The notes: generated from the letters alone by a model not told the origin. A stretch of DNA of 64,000 nt from Candidatus Hadarchaeales archaeon (GCA_038736355.1 JAVYML010000001.1:180908-244907), one strand, 5' to 3'. Counted from the first letter of the stretch, positions 1 through 10,329 are shown. Translations and numbers: made by a program.

Positions 1-755
1 ACCCTCAGGTAACCGTGCTCCCAGAGCCATCTCACCTTCTCTTCCATCATCTCCTTCAGGAGGGAGGAAAGGGGTGAGTATTCCTGCGGTAGGGGGAGCC
101 TGCATGGAACTACTTCCACAGGATAAACGTAAGGACTCACATCAGCATCCCATTCCGTCCTGTACTCCACATGCTCTATTCCGAGGGCCCTGCAAATGGC
201 CTCCATCCTCTCCGGAGTGGAGCCCGGGGAGGCGGTGAGACCCAGGATGAGAGGATGCGGACACTCCTCGAGATACCTCTGGGCCACCAGCGTGTAGGCG
301 TAATCCTTCACCGCCCTATGGCACTCATCGAAAACCAAGAGGATGAACTCCCTTAGCCTCAACCTTCCGGCCTCTACGTCGTTCCTCACCACTTCGGGAG
401 TGGCGAAGAATACCCTTCCCTCCTTCCAGGCCCTCTCCCTTCTCTCCGGTTCCACCCTTCCCGTGAGCACCCTGAGCTCGGAGGGAAGGAGGCGGACGGA
501 GAGGACGAAGCTGTGGGCATGCTGAATCACCAGGGGGCGGGTGGGAGCCATGATCAGGATCTTCCCCCTCCTATAGCGGTGAAGGAGGTGGACGGCCACC
601 AAGACGAAGATCACCGTCTTGCCCAGCCCCGTAGGTAGGACTACCAGCGTGTTCCTTTTCACCGCTTCCCCCACTATTTCCTCCTGGTACTTCCTGTACC
701 TGAGGACCCCGGGTCTGAGCAGGGGATGCTCGAAGAACTCCTTCACTTCCTGCAT
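1..755 (-). CDS. hef: Hef-like DEAD/DEAH-box helicase (XPF/ERCC4-associated helicase), N-terminal part; C-terminus runs off window start
   Basis: Minus-strand translation from ATG at 755: MQEVKEFFEHPLLRPGVLRYRKYQEEIVGEAVKRNTLVVLPTGLGKTVIFVL... (Walker A PTGLGKT), later VFFATPEVVRNDVEAGRLRLREFILLVFDECHRAV (DECH box). Not in ORF track because it has no stop inside window. Confidence 0.7.
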   Translation of the reverse strand, partial: MQEVKEFFEHPLLRPGVLRYRKYQEEIVGEAVKRNTLVVLPTGLGKTVIFVLVAVHLLHRYRRGKILIMAPTRPLVIQHAHSFVLSVRLLPSELRVLTGRVEPERRERAWKEGRVFFATPEVVRNDVEAGRLRLREFILLVFDECHRAVKDYAYTLVAQRYLEECPHPLILGLTASPGSTPERMEAICRALGIEHVEYRTEWDADVSPYVYPVEVVPCRLPLPQEYSPLSSLLKEMMEEKVRWLWEHGYLR

Positions 756-1135
756 TTTCCCTTCCTCTCTAGCCAGGTGTCGAGGGGTTCCCCATCCCCC
801 CGCTCCAGCCTGTAGCTCTCACCCCCACTCTTCCTGAGTTTCCCCAACTCACAAACCAGCGGGGAAGTCCTGCGGAAACCAAAACAGAGAAGGGGTTTGG
901 CCCCCATTCCTTTGGCCTCCCTCTTCAGTTCCTCCACCTCTCGCAGGGGGATGTAGAGACGATCCCCCATGGTCTTCTTGCACGATACCAGGAACACGGG
1001 TTTTCCCCCCTTCGTGATGAGCAGATCGTAAACACCCAAGGAACTCCCCGATCTCTTCCATTCGTAACCCCAACGCTCGAACCTGTGGGCCACCCTGTAC
1101 TCCCACCTCGTCCCCCTGCTCTTCGGGGTCACCAT
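743..1135 (-). CDS. hjc: Holliday junction resolvase Hjc (archaeal PD-(D/E)xK nuclease)
   Basis: 130 aa; aligns to Pfu/Sso Hjc over the catalytic core (E..D..xK; here WEYR, YDLLITKGGKPVFLVSCKK, LYIPLREVEEL). Stop lies 9 nt upstream of the hef ATG, so the two genes look operonic. Confidence 0.6.
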   Translation of the reverse strand: MVTPKSRGTRWEYRVAHRFERWGYEWKRSGSSLGVYDLLITKGGKPVFLVSCKKTMGDRLYIPLREVEELKREAKGMGAKPLLCFGFRRTSPLVCELGKLRKSGGESYRLERGDGEPLDTWLERKGKCRK

Positions 1136-1156
1136 CTCTCAGAGTTTTCTCTTCTT

Positions 1157-1894
1157 CTATAAAGAAGGAAGCATCTCCGACAGGGTCACGAACTCAGCCC
1201 TTCTTCCCAACCAGAGAAGGAGCTCCCTGAGCCTGCGCAGGGAAACCTTACCCGTCGAAAACTTCAGGTCCCACCTCACCCCCTCCACCTCCACCGCTTC
1301 CCAAACATGGTAATCGAGCACGGTGAGGGGGAAATGACGCACACACCATCCCACGATCCTCCTCGAGAGGGAAAGGGGAAGACGGAGAATGGAAGAAGGT
1401 AGGGTGTTGGGGAACTCGGGGAGCTCGGGGAGCCTGAGTCCTGGATAGAACTTGTAGATCGCGAGGGAGGAATCGTAGGAATAACCCAAGCCCTTCACCT
1501 CCTCCAGCACTTGGGTAGTGGGCTTGAAGTTGGGGGCCCTGAAGCCCTTGGGCCTCCATCCCAGCCTCCTCATTTCCTCCGTGGCCTTCCTCACCCTCTC
1601 CCTTCCCTCCTCGGGGGAAAGGTGGTCCAGCCTCTCGTGCGAGAAGCCATGACATCCCACCTCTTCCCCCCTCATCTCCTTCGGAAGTTTCCTGGCGGCC
1701 TCGGCAGTACAGAAGAAGGTGGCCTTTACCCCCACTTCTTCCAGGAGTTCCAGGAGAGAGGGAAGACCTTCCTCCATTCCCCTCCAAGTGCTGAGGAAGG
1801 GAGGGGCATCTCCCTCCACATCCACCGTAAAGGCCACTTTCCTCAAGCGATCTCCTCGTAAAGACGAAGGGTTAACTCGGCCGTTTTTTCCCAA
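1157..1894 (-). CDS. polysaccharide deacetylase (NodB/CE4 family)
   Basis: 245 aa; NodB-like motifs TVDVEGD, HGFSHERL, RAPNF. Confidence 0.65.
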   Translation of the reverse strand: MGKNGRVNPSSLRGDRLRKVAFTVDVEGDAPPFLSTWRGMEEGLPSLLELLEEVGVKATFFCTAEAARKLPKEMRGEEVGCHGFSHERLDHLSPEEGRERVRKATEEMRRLGWRPKGFRAPNFKPTTQVLEEVKGLGYSYDSSLAIYKFYPGLRLPELPEFPNTLPSSILRLPLSLSRRIVGWCVRHFPLTVLDYHVWEAVEVEGVRWDLKFSTGKVSLRRLRELLLWLGRRAEFVTLSEMLPSL

Positions 1895-2949
1895 GTGAAT
1901 TTCCTAGCCGTTTCCAAGCCACCACGGCGGAGGTTCTTGATCAGTGCACTATCGGAAAGGAGCTTGAGGAGGACCTCCTTCAGGGAGGAAGGGTTGCCGG
2001 GTTCGAAGAAGAGGCAGTTGTAGCCCTCCCTGGCGAACTCTAGGATACCGCCAGCCCTGGGACAGACCACTGGTGTTCCCACCGCCATGGCCTCCACCGC
2101 CGCCAGACCGAAGGCCTCCAAAGAAGAGGGAAGGACAAAAACATCCGCACCCGCCATGAGCTTGGCCACCTCCGGATAGGGAAGGCGGCCGAGCATCTTT
2201 ACCCTACCCTTCAATCCCTCCCTCTCCACCTCCCTCCTCAACCTCCCCTCCTCCGGTCCTTCCCCTGCTATCACCAGCTTGACTCCGGGCACTTCCCTGC
2301 TCACTTCCTCGAAGGCTTTGAGGAGCAAGTAAGGTCCCTTCCTCTTCACCAACCTTATAGCCGTGGCCACCAACCTCTCTCCATCTCCCACACCCACCCT
2401 CCGCCTGAACTCCCTACCGTCCACTCCCTCATGGAAGAGGGAGAGATCCACACCGTTGGGGATTACCCTTATCTTCTCCTCCGGAACACCCAAGGAAAGA
2501 CAGAACTCCTTGGAAGCCCCGCTCACCGCCACCACCCTGCTTGCCCGCTTGAGGAAGGAGGAGAGGGGTAGGTAGGCGGCCTTCCAGAATCCGGAGGAGG
2601 AATGGACGGAATGACAAGTGAGGACGGAAGGTATTCCTTTCCCCCGAGCAAAACGGGAAGCCGCCAAGGCAAGGGAGGAATACATGTCCACTCCATGCAC
2701 CACCGAGAAGTCCCCCGAACGCAGATACCTCCGGAGCTCGGCGAAGGTGAAGGGGGAGAGGAAGCGATTTTTCACGGAAAAACCCTTCAAACCCCTCACC
2801 TCCACCCCCTCCCTCTCCTCCGCTCCTTCCCTCGTGAAGACCACCACCTCCACCCCCAGCTTGGAAAGGAAGGAACTCAGTTCAGCCGCATAGGTAGCCA
2901 CCCCTCCTGTCAGGGGAGGGTATTCATCACCCACGAGCGCCACCCTCAT
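1843..2949 (-). CDS. glycosyltransferase family 4 (GT-B fold)
   Basis: 368 aa; GT4 hallmark EAMAVGTPVV, N-term GGVATYAAEL, C-term E-x7-E region. Confidence 0.8.
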   Translation of the reverse strand: MRVALVGDEYPPLTGGVATYAAELSSFLSKLGVEVVVFTREGAEEREGVEVRGLKGFSVKNRFLSPFTFAELRRYLRSGDFSVVHGVDMYSSLALAASRFARGKGIPSVLTCHSVHSSSGFWKAAYLPLSSFLKRASRVVAVSGASKEFCLSLGVPEEKIRVIPNGVDLSLFHEGVDGREFRRRVGVGDGERLVATAIRLVKRKGPYLLLKAFEEVSREVPGVKLVIAGEGPEEGRLRREVEREGLKGRVKMLGRLPYPEVAKLMAGADVFVLPSSLEAFGLAAVEAMAVGTPVVCPRAGGILEFAREGYNCLFFEPGNPSSLKEVLLKLLSDSALIKNLRRGGLETARKFTWEKTAELTLRLYEEIA

Positions 2950-2978
2950 CTTCCGCCTCCCGAAGAGGAGAGGTGAAT

Positions 2979-4031
2979 TTAGCCTTTTTGACGTTTAAAG
3001 GAAGAAGGTCCTGCCAGACCGAGATAGGAAAGGGCCCCCGCCCCCACCAGCGTGCTCAGGAGGAGGGAAATGGTTCTCTCGAGCACCGTGGCCGCCACGG
3101 CCGTAGGCAGCGGCACCCTGAAGAAGGTGAAGACGGAGAGCATGGTGGCCTCCACCAGCACCAGCCCTCCCGGTAGGAAGGGGACTAGACCGGCTATGGT
3201 GGGGAGGGTGGTGGCCAGGAGGAGCATGGGGAGAGAGGGGTAGTATCCTAGGGAAAGGAAGATCAGGTAGAGCCTGAGGAGGTCCAAGGACCAGATGAAA
3301 AGGGAGAAGAGGAATAGGGAAAAAACACATCTCCAGTTGGAGAGCACGGAACTGGAGCTCCGGTACATCTCCCTAATGGAGGAGAATAAGTCCTTTTTCT
3401 TCCCCACCAACCTGCCCAAGCGATTCATCCATCTCCCCAACATCCTTGCCCCCACCTCCTTTTTCACCATTCCAAAGACTAGGGAAGGGGGGAAGAGGAG
3501 GAGGAAGAGCCATAGGAGGAAGAACCAGGGAAAGGAAAAGGGAAGGGAAACCCCAAACCAAAACCCGAACAGAAGGAAGGAAATCACGACGGGAAAATCG
3601 AAGAGATGATCCACCATCGTGGTGGAGATGGCGAAGGAATAGGGAATCCCCTTGAGCTTACCCAGCAAATAAACCCTTCCAAGGGGATCTGCTCCCCCCC
3701 TCAAGAAGGGGGTGATGTTGTTGATGAAGATGCTCCCCGAAAGGATCAAGTAGAGCTCTTTCAGGGTCACCCCAAAACCAAGATAGGAGAGGGAGACCCT
3801 CCATCTAAGGGCCCACAAGAAGATGCTTCCGAAGTATAGGGCCACCGCTGCCACAAACCATCGAATCCTCACCCTCCTGAGCATCCAAATCGCGGAGTAA
3901 AGGTCTTCCCTCCACCAAAGGAAGAGAAGGGAGAGGACCAGGAAGAGCAACAGGAAGAGGAGAACCCTTTTCCAGCTTTTTTTCATCCTCTCCATATTTA
4001 TCTCATCCCTAAAAACTGAAGAGTATGGCAT
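2979..4031 (-). CDS. polytopic membrane protein, flippase-like (lysyl-PG synthase TM-domain / UPF0104 family)
   Basis: 350 aa, about 8 predicted TM helices, conserved RxRW motifs (RVRIRWFVAAVALYFG, WALRWRVSL). Sits next to the GT4 gene. Confidence 0.5.
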   Translation of the reverse strand: MPYSSVFRDEINMERMKKSWKRVLLFLLLFLVLSLLFLWWREDLYSAIWMLRRVRIRWFVAAVALYFGSIFLWALRWRVSLSYLGFGVTLKELYLILSGSIFINNITPFLRGGADPLGRVYLLGKLKGIPYSFAISTTMVDHLFDFPVVISFLLFGFWFGVSLPFSFPWFFLLWLFLLLFPPSLVFGMVKKEVGARMLGRWMNRLGRLVGKKKDLFSSIREMYRSSSSVLSNWRCVFSLFLFSLFIWSLDLLRLYLIFLSLGYYPSLPMLLLATTLPTIAGLVPFLPGGLVLVEATMLSVFTFFRVPLPTAVAATVLERTISLLLSTLVGAGALSYLGLAGPSSFKRQKG

Positions 4032-5413
4032 CCGTTCTTTTCATTTACCCCCCCATAAGCTTCGAGGAGAGGAGTGCCCTCTCCGCCTACGCTCCTCCCC
4101 TGGGAATCCTCTACTTGGCCTCCATTCTCCAAAGGGCTGGACACAGGGTACAGGTGATAGATGCCGAGGCCGAGCACCTTTCCCTAAAGGAGCTGGGGGA
4201 AAGGATCGAGGAAGCAAGACCGGATGTGGTGGGCCTAACCTGTTTGACCCTTACGCTGGATTCATGCAAGAAGATCGTGAGGGAGGTCAAGAAGAGGTCC
4301 AAGGCCTACGTGGTGGTGGGCGGACCCCACATTTCCGTTTCCCCTCCCGAATACCTGAAGGAGATAGGGGCGGATGCCTATGTGATGGGGGAGGCGGAGG
4401 AAGAGATCCTCAGGATCGTGGAGGAAAGGCCCTCCGGGATCCTGCAGGTGAAGGAGCCCCAGGACCTCGATTCCCTCCCCCTTCCGGCCAGGGAATTGGT
4501 GAAACACGTCGAGTACGGCCAATTCTACGGAATGAAGATGATGGGGAAGATCACGGGAATCCTGACCTCGAGGGGATGTAGATACGGTTGCACCTACTGC
4601 AACCGTCCCAAGAAGCTTGGCTTCCGCTCCCGCTCTCCCCAGCAGATCTTGGAGGAGCTGAAGGTACTGGATAGGGAAGGTTTCGATTCCATCTGGATTG
4701 CCGACGACAACTTCACCAACGATCCCAAGAGGGTGATCAAGCTGGCGGACCTCATGAAGAGGGAGGGTTTGAAGTTCCACTTCTTCGGTCAGGCGAGGGT
4801 GGACACACCCAGCAAGGCCCTCTACAAGGCCATGAGGGAGATGGGGGTGCTGGCCCTGAGCTACGGTGTGGAGTCGGTGGTGCCCAAGGTGGTGAAATGG
4901 TATGGCAAAACCCCCCATCCCGAGCGCTGGCCCTACTACGTGAGGCGCACCCTAGACCTCTGCAAGGAATACGACATCATCTTCCTGGGAAGCCTGATCT
5001 TCGGGGCTCCCGTAGAGACCAAGGAGGACATGATACGCTCGATCGAATTCTTGGAGAAGGGGGGGGCGGACTTCATCAACGGAAACATCCTTCTCTACAT
5101 GGTGGGCTCGGCCATCTGGAACTGGGCTAGGAGGGAAGGAAAGCTGCGTCCGGACCAGTTCGTGGCCACCGCTCCCGAGCTGGGTCTCACCCCCTACTCG
5201 AAGGAGGAACTTCAGGAACTCTGCAACCGTTGCGCCGATTTCTCCAAGAGGGAGGGATGGAAGAGCGCCTTCAGGAAAATCCTGAGAAGGAAGGAGTTCG
5301 GGCTGATATGGATGGGTCTGAAGAAGTACGTGGGGGACTATCTGAAGATCAGGAAGGTCAGGAGGGAAATCTACGGGTATGGGTACGGAAAGAGATATAC
5401 CACCAGGATATGA
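4025..5413 (+). CDS. B12-binding domain radical SAM protein
   Basis: 462 aa; N-terminal B12-binding Rossmann region (VLFIYPP...GILYLASIL..VQVIDAE), radical SAM cluster motif SRGCRYGCTYCNRP. Confidence 0.8.
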   Translation: MASVLFIYPPISFEERSALSAYAPPLGILYLASILQRAGHRVQVIDAEAEHLSLKELGERIEEARPDVVGLTCLTLTLDSCKKIVREVKKRSKAYVVVGGPHISVSPPEYLKEIGADAYVMGEAEEEILRIVEERPSGILQVKEPQDLDSLPLPARELVKHVEYGQFYGMKMMGKITGILTSRGCRYGCTYCNRPKKLGFRSRSPQQILEELKVLDREGFDSIWIADDNFTNDPKRVIKLADLMKREGLKFHFFGQARVDTPSKALYKAMREMGVLALSYGVESVVPKVVKWYGKTPHPERWPYYVRRTLDLCKEYDIIFLGSLIFGAPVETKEDMIRSIEFLEKGGADFINGNILLYMVGSAIWNWARREGKLRPDQFVATAPELGLTPYSKEELQELCNRCADFSKREGWKSAFRKILRRKEFGLIWMGLKKYVGDYLKIRKVRREIYGYGYGKRYTTRI

Positions 5414-5422
5414 GGGGAAAGG

Positions 5423-5617
5423 GTGCCGATCAGCAGGGAACTCTTGAAGATCCTGGCCTGTCCCCTCTGCAAGGGAGAACTGAAGCTGAAGGGGGAGGAG
5501 CTGGTATGCAAAAAGTGTTCCCAGAGGTACCCCATCGTGGACGACATTCCCTACCTCCTTCCCCCGGAACTCATGCCCAGGAAGTTCAAGAGATCTAAAA
5601 CTCCACCTCGATCGTGA
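5423..5617 (+). CDS. Trm112-like small zinc-finger methyltransferase activator
   Basis: 64 aa; ILACPLCKGEL...LVCKKCSQRYPIVDDIPYLLP matches the Trm112/UPF0434 pattern. Confidence 0.7.
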   Translation: MPISRELLKILACPLCKGELKLKGEELVCKKCSQRYPIVDDIPYLLPPELMPRKFKRSKTPPRS

Positions 5618-6014
5618 TTTCCAGGGGAAGGGCCTTCCTGAGGAGGTTTACGAACTCCCTCGAGAGGTGAAGGGCGGCCCTATCCGCCCTCACCGCCAAA
5701 GTCCTCCCGCAGAGGAAGGAGCTCCTCCTCACCACCATGTCCGTCGGATGATCCAGGGAGAGGGAGGGATGTCCCCAGGCATGGACCTCCTCCACCCATC
5801 CCTCCACCTCCATCCTCACCACCACCCTCCCTCCCCTCCTTATTCCCTCCTTCACCCCCTCGCTCAAATCCCGGACGGACTTGTCCGCTCCCACGGCCAC
5901 GATGCAGTCCCCCCTTGGCCCCACCTCCTCCTCCCTCGTGATCATCAGGGTGGTGGGATGGAGGGCGGTGAGGAGCGGGTGTCCCCTCGCCCTAACCCTC
6001 TCCCTTTTTTTCAT
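5595..6014 (-). CDS. conserved archaeal hypothetical protein (DUF371-like)
   Basis: 139 aa; ALHPTTLMITREEEVGPRGDCIVAVGADKS resembles DUF371 proteins. Convergent 23-nt overlap with Trm112. Confidence 0.45.
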   Translation of the reverse strand: MKKRERVRARGHPLLTALHPTTLMITREEEVGPRGDCIVAVGADKSVRDLSEGVKEGIRRGGRVVVRMEVEGWVEEVHAWGHPSLSLDHPTDMVVRRSSFLCGRTLAVRADRAALHLSREFVNLLRKALPLEITIEVEF

Positions 6015-6071
6015 TTCCCTCCCTCATTTCTTGGGGGGATATTTCTGGATTTCGAGAAGGAAAGGGAGAGG

Positions 6072-6698
6072 ATGGTGGAAGAGCTGATCAGATGGGGTTA
6101 CCTCCGCACCCCTTCCATCATAGAGGCTTTCAGAAAGGTTCCGAGGGAGGAGTTCGTTCCTCCCTCCTTCAGGAAGCACGCCTACGAGGACCATCCCCTT
6201 TCGATAGGTTATGGACAGACCATCTCCGCTCCCAGCATGATAGCCCTGATGCTCGAGTCCCTGAAGGTGGAAAGGGGACAAAGGGTGCTGGAGGTAGGAA
6301 CGGGCTCCGGATACAACGCCGCCCTGCTCGCGGAACTGGTGGGGAGGGAGGGGAAGGTGGTTTCGATCGAGCGCATCCCCGCCCTCGCCTCCTTCGGGAG
6401 GGAGAACCTCAGGAAGACGGGATACGAGTGGGTGGAGGTGGTGGTGGGGGATGGCACCTGCGGCTATCCTCCCGGAGCCCCCTGGGACCGGATCCTCATC
6501 ACGGCCTGTTCCCCAGGCTTCCCTCCCCCCCTCCTAGAACAGCTGAAGGTGGGTGGAAGGATGGGGGCGCCCGTGGGGCATTTCTATGCCAGCCAGGTGT
6601 GGAAGGTGGCGGAGAAGACGGAGAGGGGAATAGAGGTGGAGAATTATTCACCCTGTTCCTTCGTCCCCCTGCTGGGGAAGTATGGATGGAAGGAGTAA
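6072..6698 (+). CDS. pcm: protein-L-isoaspartate O-methyltransferase
   Basis: SAM-MT motif VLEVGTGSGYNAALLA; PIMT motifs GYGQTISAP, ELIRWGYL. The ORF track extends it to 5667 through His/Pro-rich low-complexity sequence; the ATG at 6072 with an upstream GGAGAGG is the likely start. Confidence 0.85.
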   Translation: MVEELIRWGYLRTPSIIEAFRKVPREEFVPPSFRKHAYEDHPLSIGYGQTISAPSMIALMLESLKVERGQRVLEVGTGSGYNAALLAELVGREGKVVSIERIPALASFGRENLRKTGYEWVEVVVGDGTCGYPPGAPWDRILITACSPGFPPPLLEQLKVGGRMGAPVGHFYASQVWKVAEKTERGIEVENYSPCSFVPLLGKYGWKE

Positions 6699-6837
6699 AG
6701 GTCTTGGATCGAAGGAAGGAGACCCCCCAGATGATGAGATTCGGTTGTGGAAGCAGCCCCCCCATCACTTAGGGGCTGGAAGAACCCGAACGGAGGGGTA
6801 AGGGGGAATGGCTTCGAAGAAAAAGCGGGGAAATGGA

Positions 6838-7845
6838 CTAAAACCACTTCTCCAGGGAGCTCTGCCTTCCCTCCCTCCCCCTCAGGAGCTTCTGAATGCC
6901 CGACTGGACCCTGTCCTCGGAGAAATCATGTTCCTCGCAGAGGAACTCCTTTATCCCTTCCACATCGGGTTGGCCCCACTCTATCCTGTAGGTATCCGAA
7001 ACTTCTGGCTCAAGGAAAATCTTTCTGATCTCCTCGAAGTCCTCCACCCTCACCTCCTCCATCCCCTCCAAAGAACCGTACTTCTTCACGAGTTCCAGCG
7101 CCCTCTTGGGTCCTATCCCCTTCACCCCCTCGTTGAAATCCGTGCCCACCAGGATCCCCACATCCACCAACTGCTCCCTCGTGATCCCCAGTTCGGATAA
7201 AACCCTCTTAAGTTCCACCACCTCTGGCTTCACCTCGACATAGACGTCCTTGCCCGGAAGCTTCCTCCTCCCCGTGATGGCCAGATTCCTGACCAGAACG
7301 GGGGAACCGAAGAGGAGGCTGTCGAAGTCCTGACTCGCCACCGCCCAGGCATCCCCCCTCCTCACCAAATGGGCAGCTTGGGCCTCTCCCTCGGCGGGAG
7401 CCTGGACGAAGGGAACCCCCATCAATCTCAGCAGGTGCTTGGCATCCTCCACCACCTGCTCCTCCACCGTCGCCGCTTGGGCCGCATACCTTCTGGCCTC
7501 CTCCAGCCTTCCCTCCTTCAGGGCTCTCTCCCATTCCTCTGCAGCCTTTTCCCTCAACAACCTCCTTTCCTCCAGCGTCCTCCTCTTCAACTCGGGGGGC
7601 TTCCCATCGAAAACGTAAATGGGGTAGATCTCGGTCTCCAAAAGGTTGGCAGTACGGTAAAAGAGTCCCGAGAGATGGGAGGTGATCCTCCCCTTGGAAT
7701 CCCTGAGGGGTTCTCCATCCCTCTGCCTGATGATGGCCAAAAACTGGTAGAGGAAGTTCAGGGCATCCACCGCCACCCTTTTCCCCCTGAGCTCCTCCAG
7801 CTCCACTTCCGCTTTGGGGATGATGGGCCCAAGCTGAACTCCCAT
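6838..7845 (-). CDS. fen: flap endonuclease FEN-1
   Basis: 335 aa; MGVQLGPIIPK...VAVDALNFLYQFL...YVFDGKPPELK, and an H3TH region. Confidence 0.9.
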   Translation of the reverse strand: MGVQLGPIIPKAEVELEELRGKRVAVDALNFLYQFLAIIRQRDGEPLRDSKGRITSHLSGLFYRTANLLETEIYPIYVFDGKPPELKRRTLEERRLLREKAAEEWERALKEGRLEEARRYAAQAATVEEQVVEDAKHLLRLMGVPFVQAPAEGEAQAAHLVRRGDAWAVASQDFDSLLFGSPVLVRNLAITGRRKLPGKDVYVEVKPEVVELKRVLSELGITREQLVDVGILVGTDFNEGVKGIGPKRALELVKKYGSLEGMEEVRVEDFEEIRKIFLEPEVSDTYRIEWGQPDVEGIKEFLCEEHDFSEDRVQSGIQKLLRGREGRQSSLEKWF

Positions 7846-7893
7846 CTCCGAAGATTCGGAGGGTGGAGTTAAAAGCCAAGAGGGCTAGAGACG

Positions 7894-8454
7894 GTGATGG
7901 AAAGGATCAAACTGGAGGAAGTGGCAGAAGAAGAGGAAAGGGAAGACCTGGTGGTGGAACACGAGCTGAAGGGTGTGGAGCCTGAAATGATCGATTGGTT
8001 CTGGATCTACCTAACGGAGGGGGCCATGCAGGGCAGGGAGGAAGCGACTAGGAGATACAAGCTGTGGCATCCCAGGGACCATCTTTCCTTCGAGGGGGAA
8101 GAAGGGTGGATGATCCACAGGGTGGTGGAGAGGATCGGGGAAACCCTTCCCGTGGAGATGAGGATGAGGGTGGAGAATCCGGACGAAACACCCATTCCCC
8201 GCTCCACTTCCTATACACATGCCGTGGCCAGTTGTATTCTGGGAAAGAACGACAGACCCATAGGATGGGTCCTCCACGAATACGATCGAATGCCGGGAGG
8301 AACCAAAATGCGCTCCACCTTCAGACTTCCCAGAACCCTCCTTTCCATGGTCGGGGAAAACCTGCGGCGCCATTGTCTGGAGGAGATGGGGGAGTTCACG
8401 CATTTTCTTCCCAAACTCTACGGGGAAAGAAGGGAGTCAGGATTCCCCGGGTAG
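7894..8454 (+). CDS. hypothetical protein (possible metal-dependent hydrolase; distant PhlG-like WHPxDH motif)
   Basis: 186 aa, codon usage like its neighbours; [11 protein letters not shown] motif. No confident family assignment. Confidence 0.4.
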   Translation: MMERIKLEEVAEEEEREDLVVEHELKGVEPEMIDWFWIYLTEGAMQGREEATRRYKLWHPRDHLSFEGEEGWMIHRVVERIGETLPVEMRMRVENPDETPIPRSTSYTHAVASCILGKNDRPIGWVLHEYDRMPGGTKMRSTFRLPRTLLSMVGENLRRHCLEEMGEFTHFLPKLYGERRESGFPG

Positions 8455-8667
8455 TTCCCTGAGTACGGTGATGGGACAAACACCCTTCTCGAACTCGTAG
8501 AGGGCTATTTCTACCGAGCTTTTGAGGTGCTTGGGAACTTCCACCAGTACGGGTGCCCCCATGGAAATCTGGAGGGCACGGGCCCCTATGATCCTCGCCT
8601 TTTCAAACTTGGTATATTTTCTTACGGTGAAAATGCCCAACCCCCCCTTCAAACCAACGGTTTGCAT
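8437..8667 (-). CDS. rpoK: DNA-directed RNA polymerase subunit K (Rpb6 homolog)
   Basis: 76 aa; [24 protein letters not shown] is the RpoK/Rpb6 signature. Confidence 0.8.
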   Translation of the reverse strand: MQTVGLKGGLGIFTVRKYTKFEKARIIGARALQISMGAPVLVEVPKHLKSSVEIALYEFEKGVCPITVLRELPGES

Positions 8668-10329
8668 TCAGAATTCAGGGGAGGGGGGGGAGCTCTCTCC
8701 CTTCTTCTCCTTTCCTTCCTTCTCCTTCTCCTCCGTCTTCACGGCCGCGATAACGTCGTCAATCCTCAAAATCATTTCCGCGGCTTCGCTTGCAGACTTA
8801 ATGGCCTGGAGCTTAACCCTGAGCGGCTCCACCACTCCCTTTTCCATCATGTCCATGATCTGCCCACTCACCACCTCTATTCCCTTATACTTCCCATCGG
8901 GTTTCTCATGCTCTGCACGGAGTTTCACCAAGATGTCGATGGGATCGAGACCGGCATTCTCCGCCAACGTCCTTGGGATGATTTCCAAGGCCTCGGCGAA
9001 GGCGTTTACGGCCAGGGCTTCCCTTCCGCCCAGCTCCTTGGAGTAGTCACGGAGTTCCTTCGCCAGCTCCATCTCACAGGCCCCTCCTCCTGGCAGGATC
9101 CTCCCATCCTCGAGGGCCACACAGGCCACAGAAACACCATCGTGTACGGCTCTCTCCAGCTCATCCACCACGTGCTCCGTGCCTCCCCTCACGAGAATGG
9201 TCACGGCCTTCGGGTCCTTGCATCCCTCCACGAACACCATTTCCTCCCCAGCCACCTTCCTTTCCTCCACCAACTCCGCCGAACCCAAATCGGAGGGACT
9301 CAGGTCCTTGAGGCTCATCACCACCCTTCCACCGGTGGCCTCCGCCAGCTTCTGCATGTCGGATTCCTTAACCCTCCTCACGGCCAAGATACCAGCCTTG
9401 GCCAGATAGTGCTGGGCCACATCGTCTATACCCTTCTGGCAGAGGACCACGTTGGCGCCCACCCTCTTCACCTGTTCCACCATATCGGCGAGCATCTTCC
9501 TCTCCTCATCCAAGAAGCTCTTCAGCTGCTCGGGGTCGGTGATGTTGATCTTCGCATCCGTCTCCGTCTTCTCCACCTCGAAGGCGCTGGCGATGAGGGC
9601 TATCTTGGCATTCTTCACCCTCTTGGGCATGCCCGGATGGACCACCTCCTTGTCAAGCACTATACCCTTCACCAGCTGGGAGTCGGAGGAAGAACCACCT
9701 ATCTTCTTCTCCAGCTTGATCTTGTCCCTATCCGCCTTGATCTTTCCGTTCTCCTCACGGGCTATCTGCCTAGCCGCTTCCACGATGAGGTTCACCAGCT
9801 TGTCCCCTTTGATCTCGGATCCCTTGCTACTTATGGAAGTGGCCACGATCTTCTTCAGCGTCTCCACATCATCCTTGGAAATCGGGCGGGCGATTTTCTG
9901 CAGGACCTCCTGAGCCTTGGCCGCGGCCTTCCTATAACCGCTGGCAATGACCGTGGCATGGATATCCTGATCCAGGAGTTCCTCCGCCTTCTTCAGTAGT
10001 TCCCCCGCCAACACCACGGCCGTGGTGGTCCCATCCCCCGCCTCATCCTCCTGGGTTTTCGCGATCTCCACCATCATCTTGGCGGCGGGGTGCTCCACAT
10101 CCATCTCCTTCAGGATGGTAACACCATCGTTGGTGATCGTGATGTCCCCCAGACTGTCCACCAACATCTTGTCCATCCCCCGCGGACCTAGGGTGGTGCG
10201 AATGGCCTCAGCTATTACCCTGGCTGCCATGATGTTCATGTGCTGGGCATCACGCCCCAAGTACCTGATGGCCTTCTCTGGAAGGACCAGTACGGGAGTA
10301 CCACCTAGTTGGGCCACCGGCGCTGCCAT
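8668..10329 (-). CDS. ths: thermosome subunit (group II chaperonin)
   Basis: 553 aa; [34 protein letters not shown]-terminal GGM-less acidic tail. Confidence 0.95.
   Translation of the reverse strand: MAAPVAQLGGTPVLVLPEKAIRYLGRDAQHMNIMAARVIAEAIRTTLGPRGMDKMLVDSLGDITITNDGVTILKEMDVEHPAAKMMVEIAKTQEDEAGDGTTTAVVLAGELLKKAEELLDQDIHATVIASGYRKAAAKAQEVLQKIARPISKDDVETLKKIVATSISSKGSEIKGDKLVNLIVEAARQIAREENGKIKADRDKIKLEKKIGGSSSDSQLVKGIVLDKEVVHPGMPKRVKNAKIALIASAFEVEKTETDAKINITDPEQLKSFLDEERKMLADMVEQVKRVGANVVLCQKGIDDVAQHYLAKAGILAVRRVKESDMQKLAEATGGRVVMSLKDLSPSDLGSAELVEERKVAGEEMVFVEGCKDPKAVTILVRGGTEHVVDELERAVHDGVSVACVALEDGRILPGGGACEMELAKELRDYSKELGGREALAVNAFAEALEIIPRTLAENAGLDPIDILVKLRAEHEKPDGKYKGIEVVSGQIMDMMEKGVVEPLRVKLQAIKSASEAAEMILRIDDVIAAVKTEEKEKEGKEKKGESSPPSPEF

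Noticed and set aside
5667-6071. N-terminal 135-aa extension of the PIMT ORF
   Set aside because: His/Pro-rich low complexity with no homology; overlaps the convergent DUF371-like gene; canonical PIMT begins at MVEELIRWGYL with a GGAGAGG just upstream.
8527-9999. 490-aa plus-strand ORF (His/Leu/Gly-rich) covering most of the thermosome locus
   Set aside because: Antisense to a confidently identified thermosome gene; composition typical of GC-rich antisense frames; no recognisable motifs.
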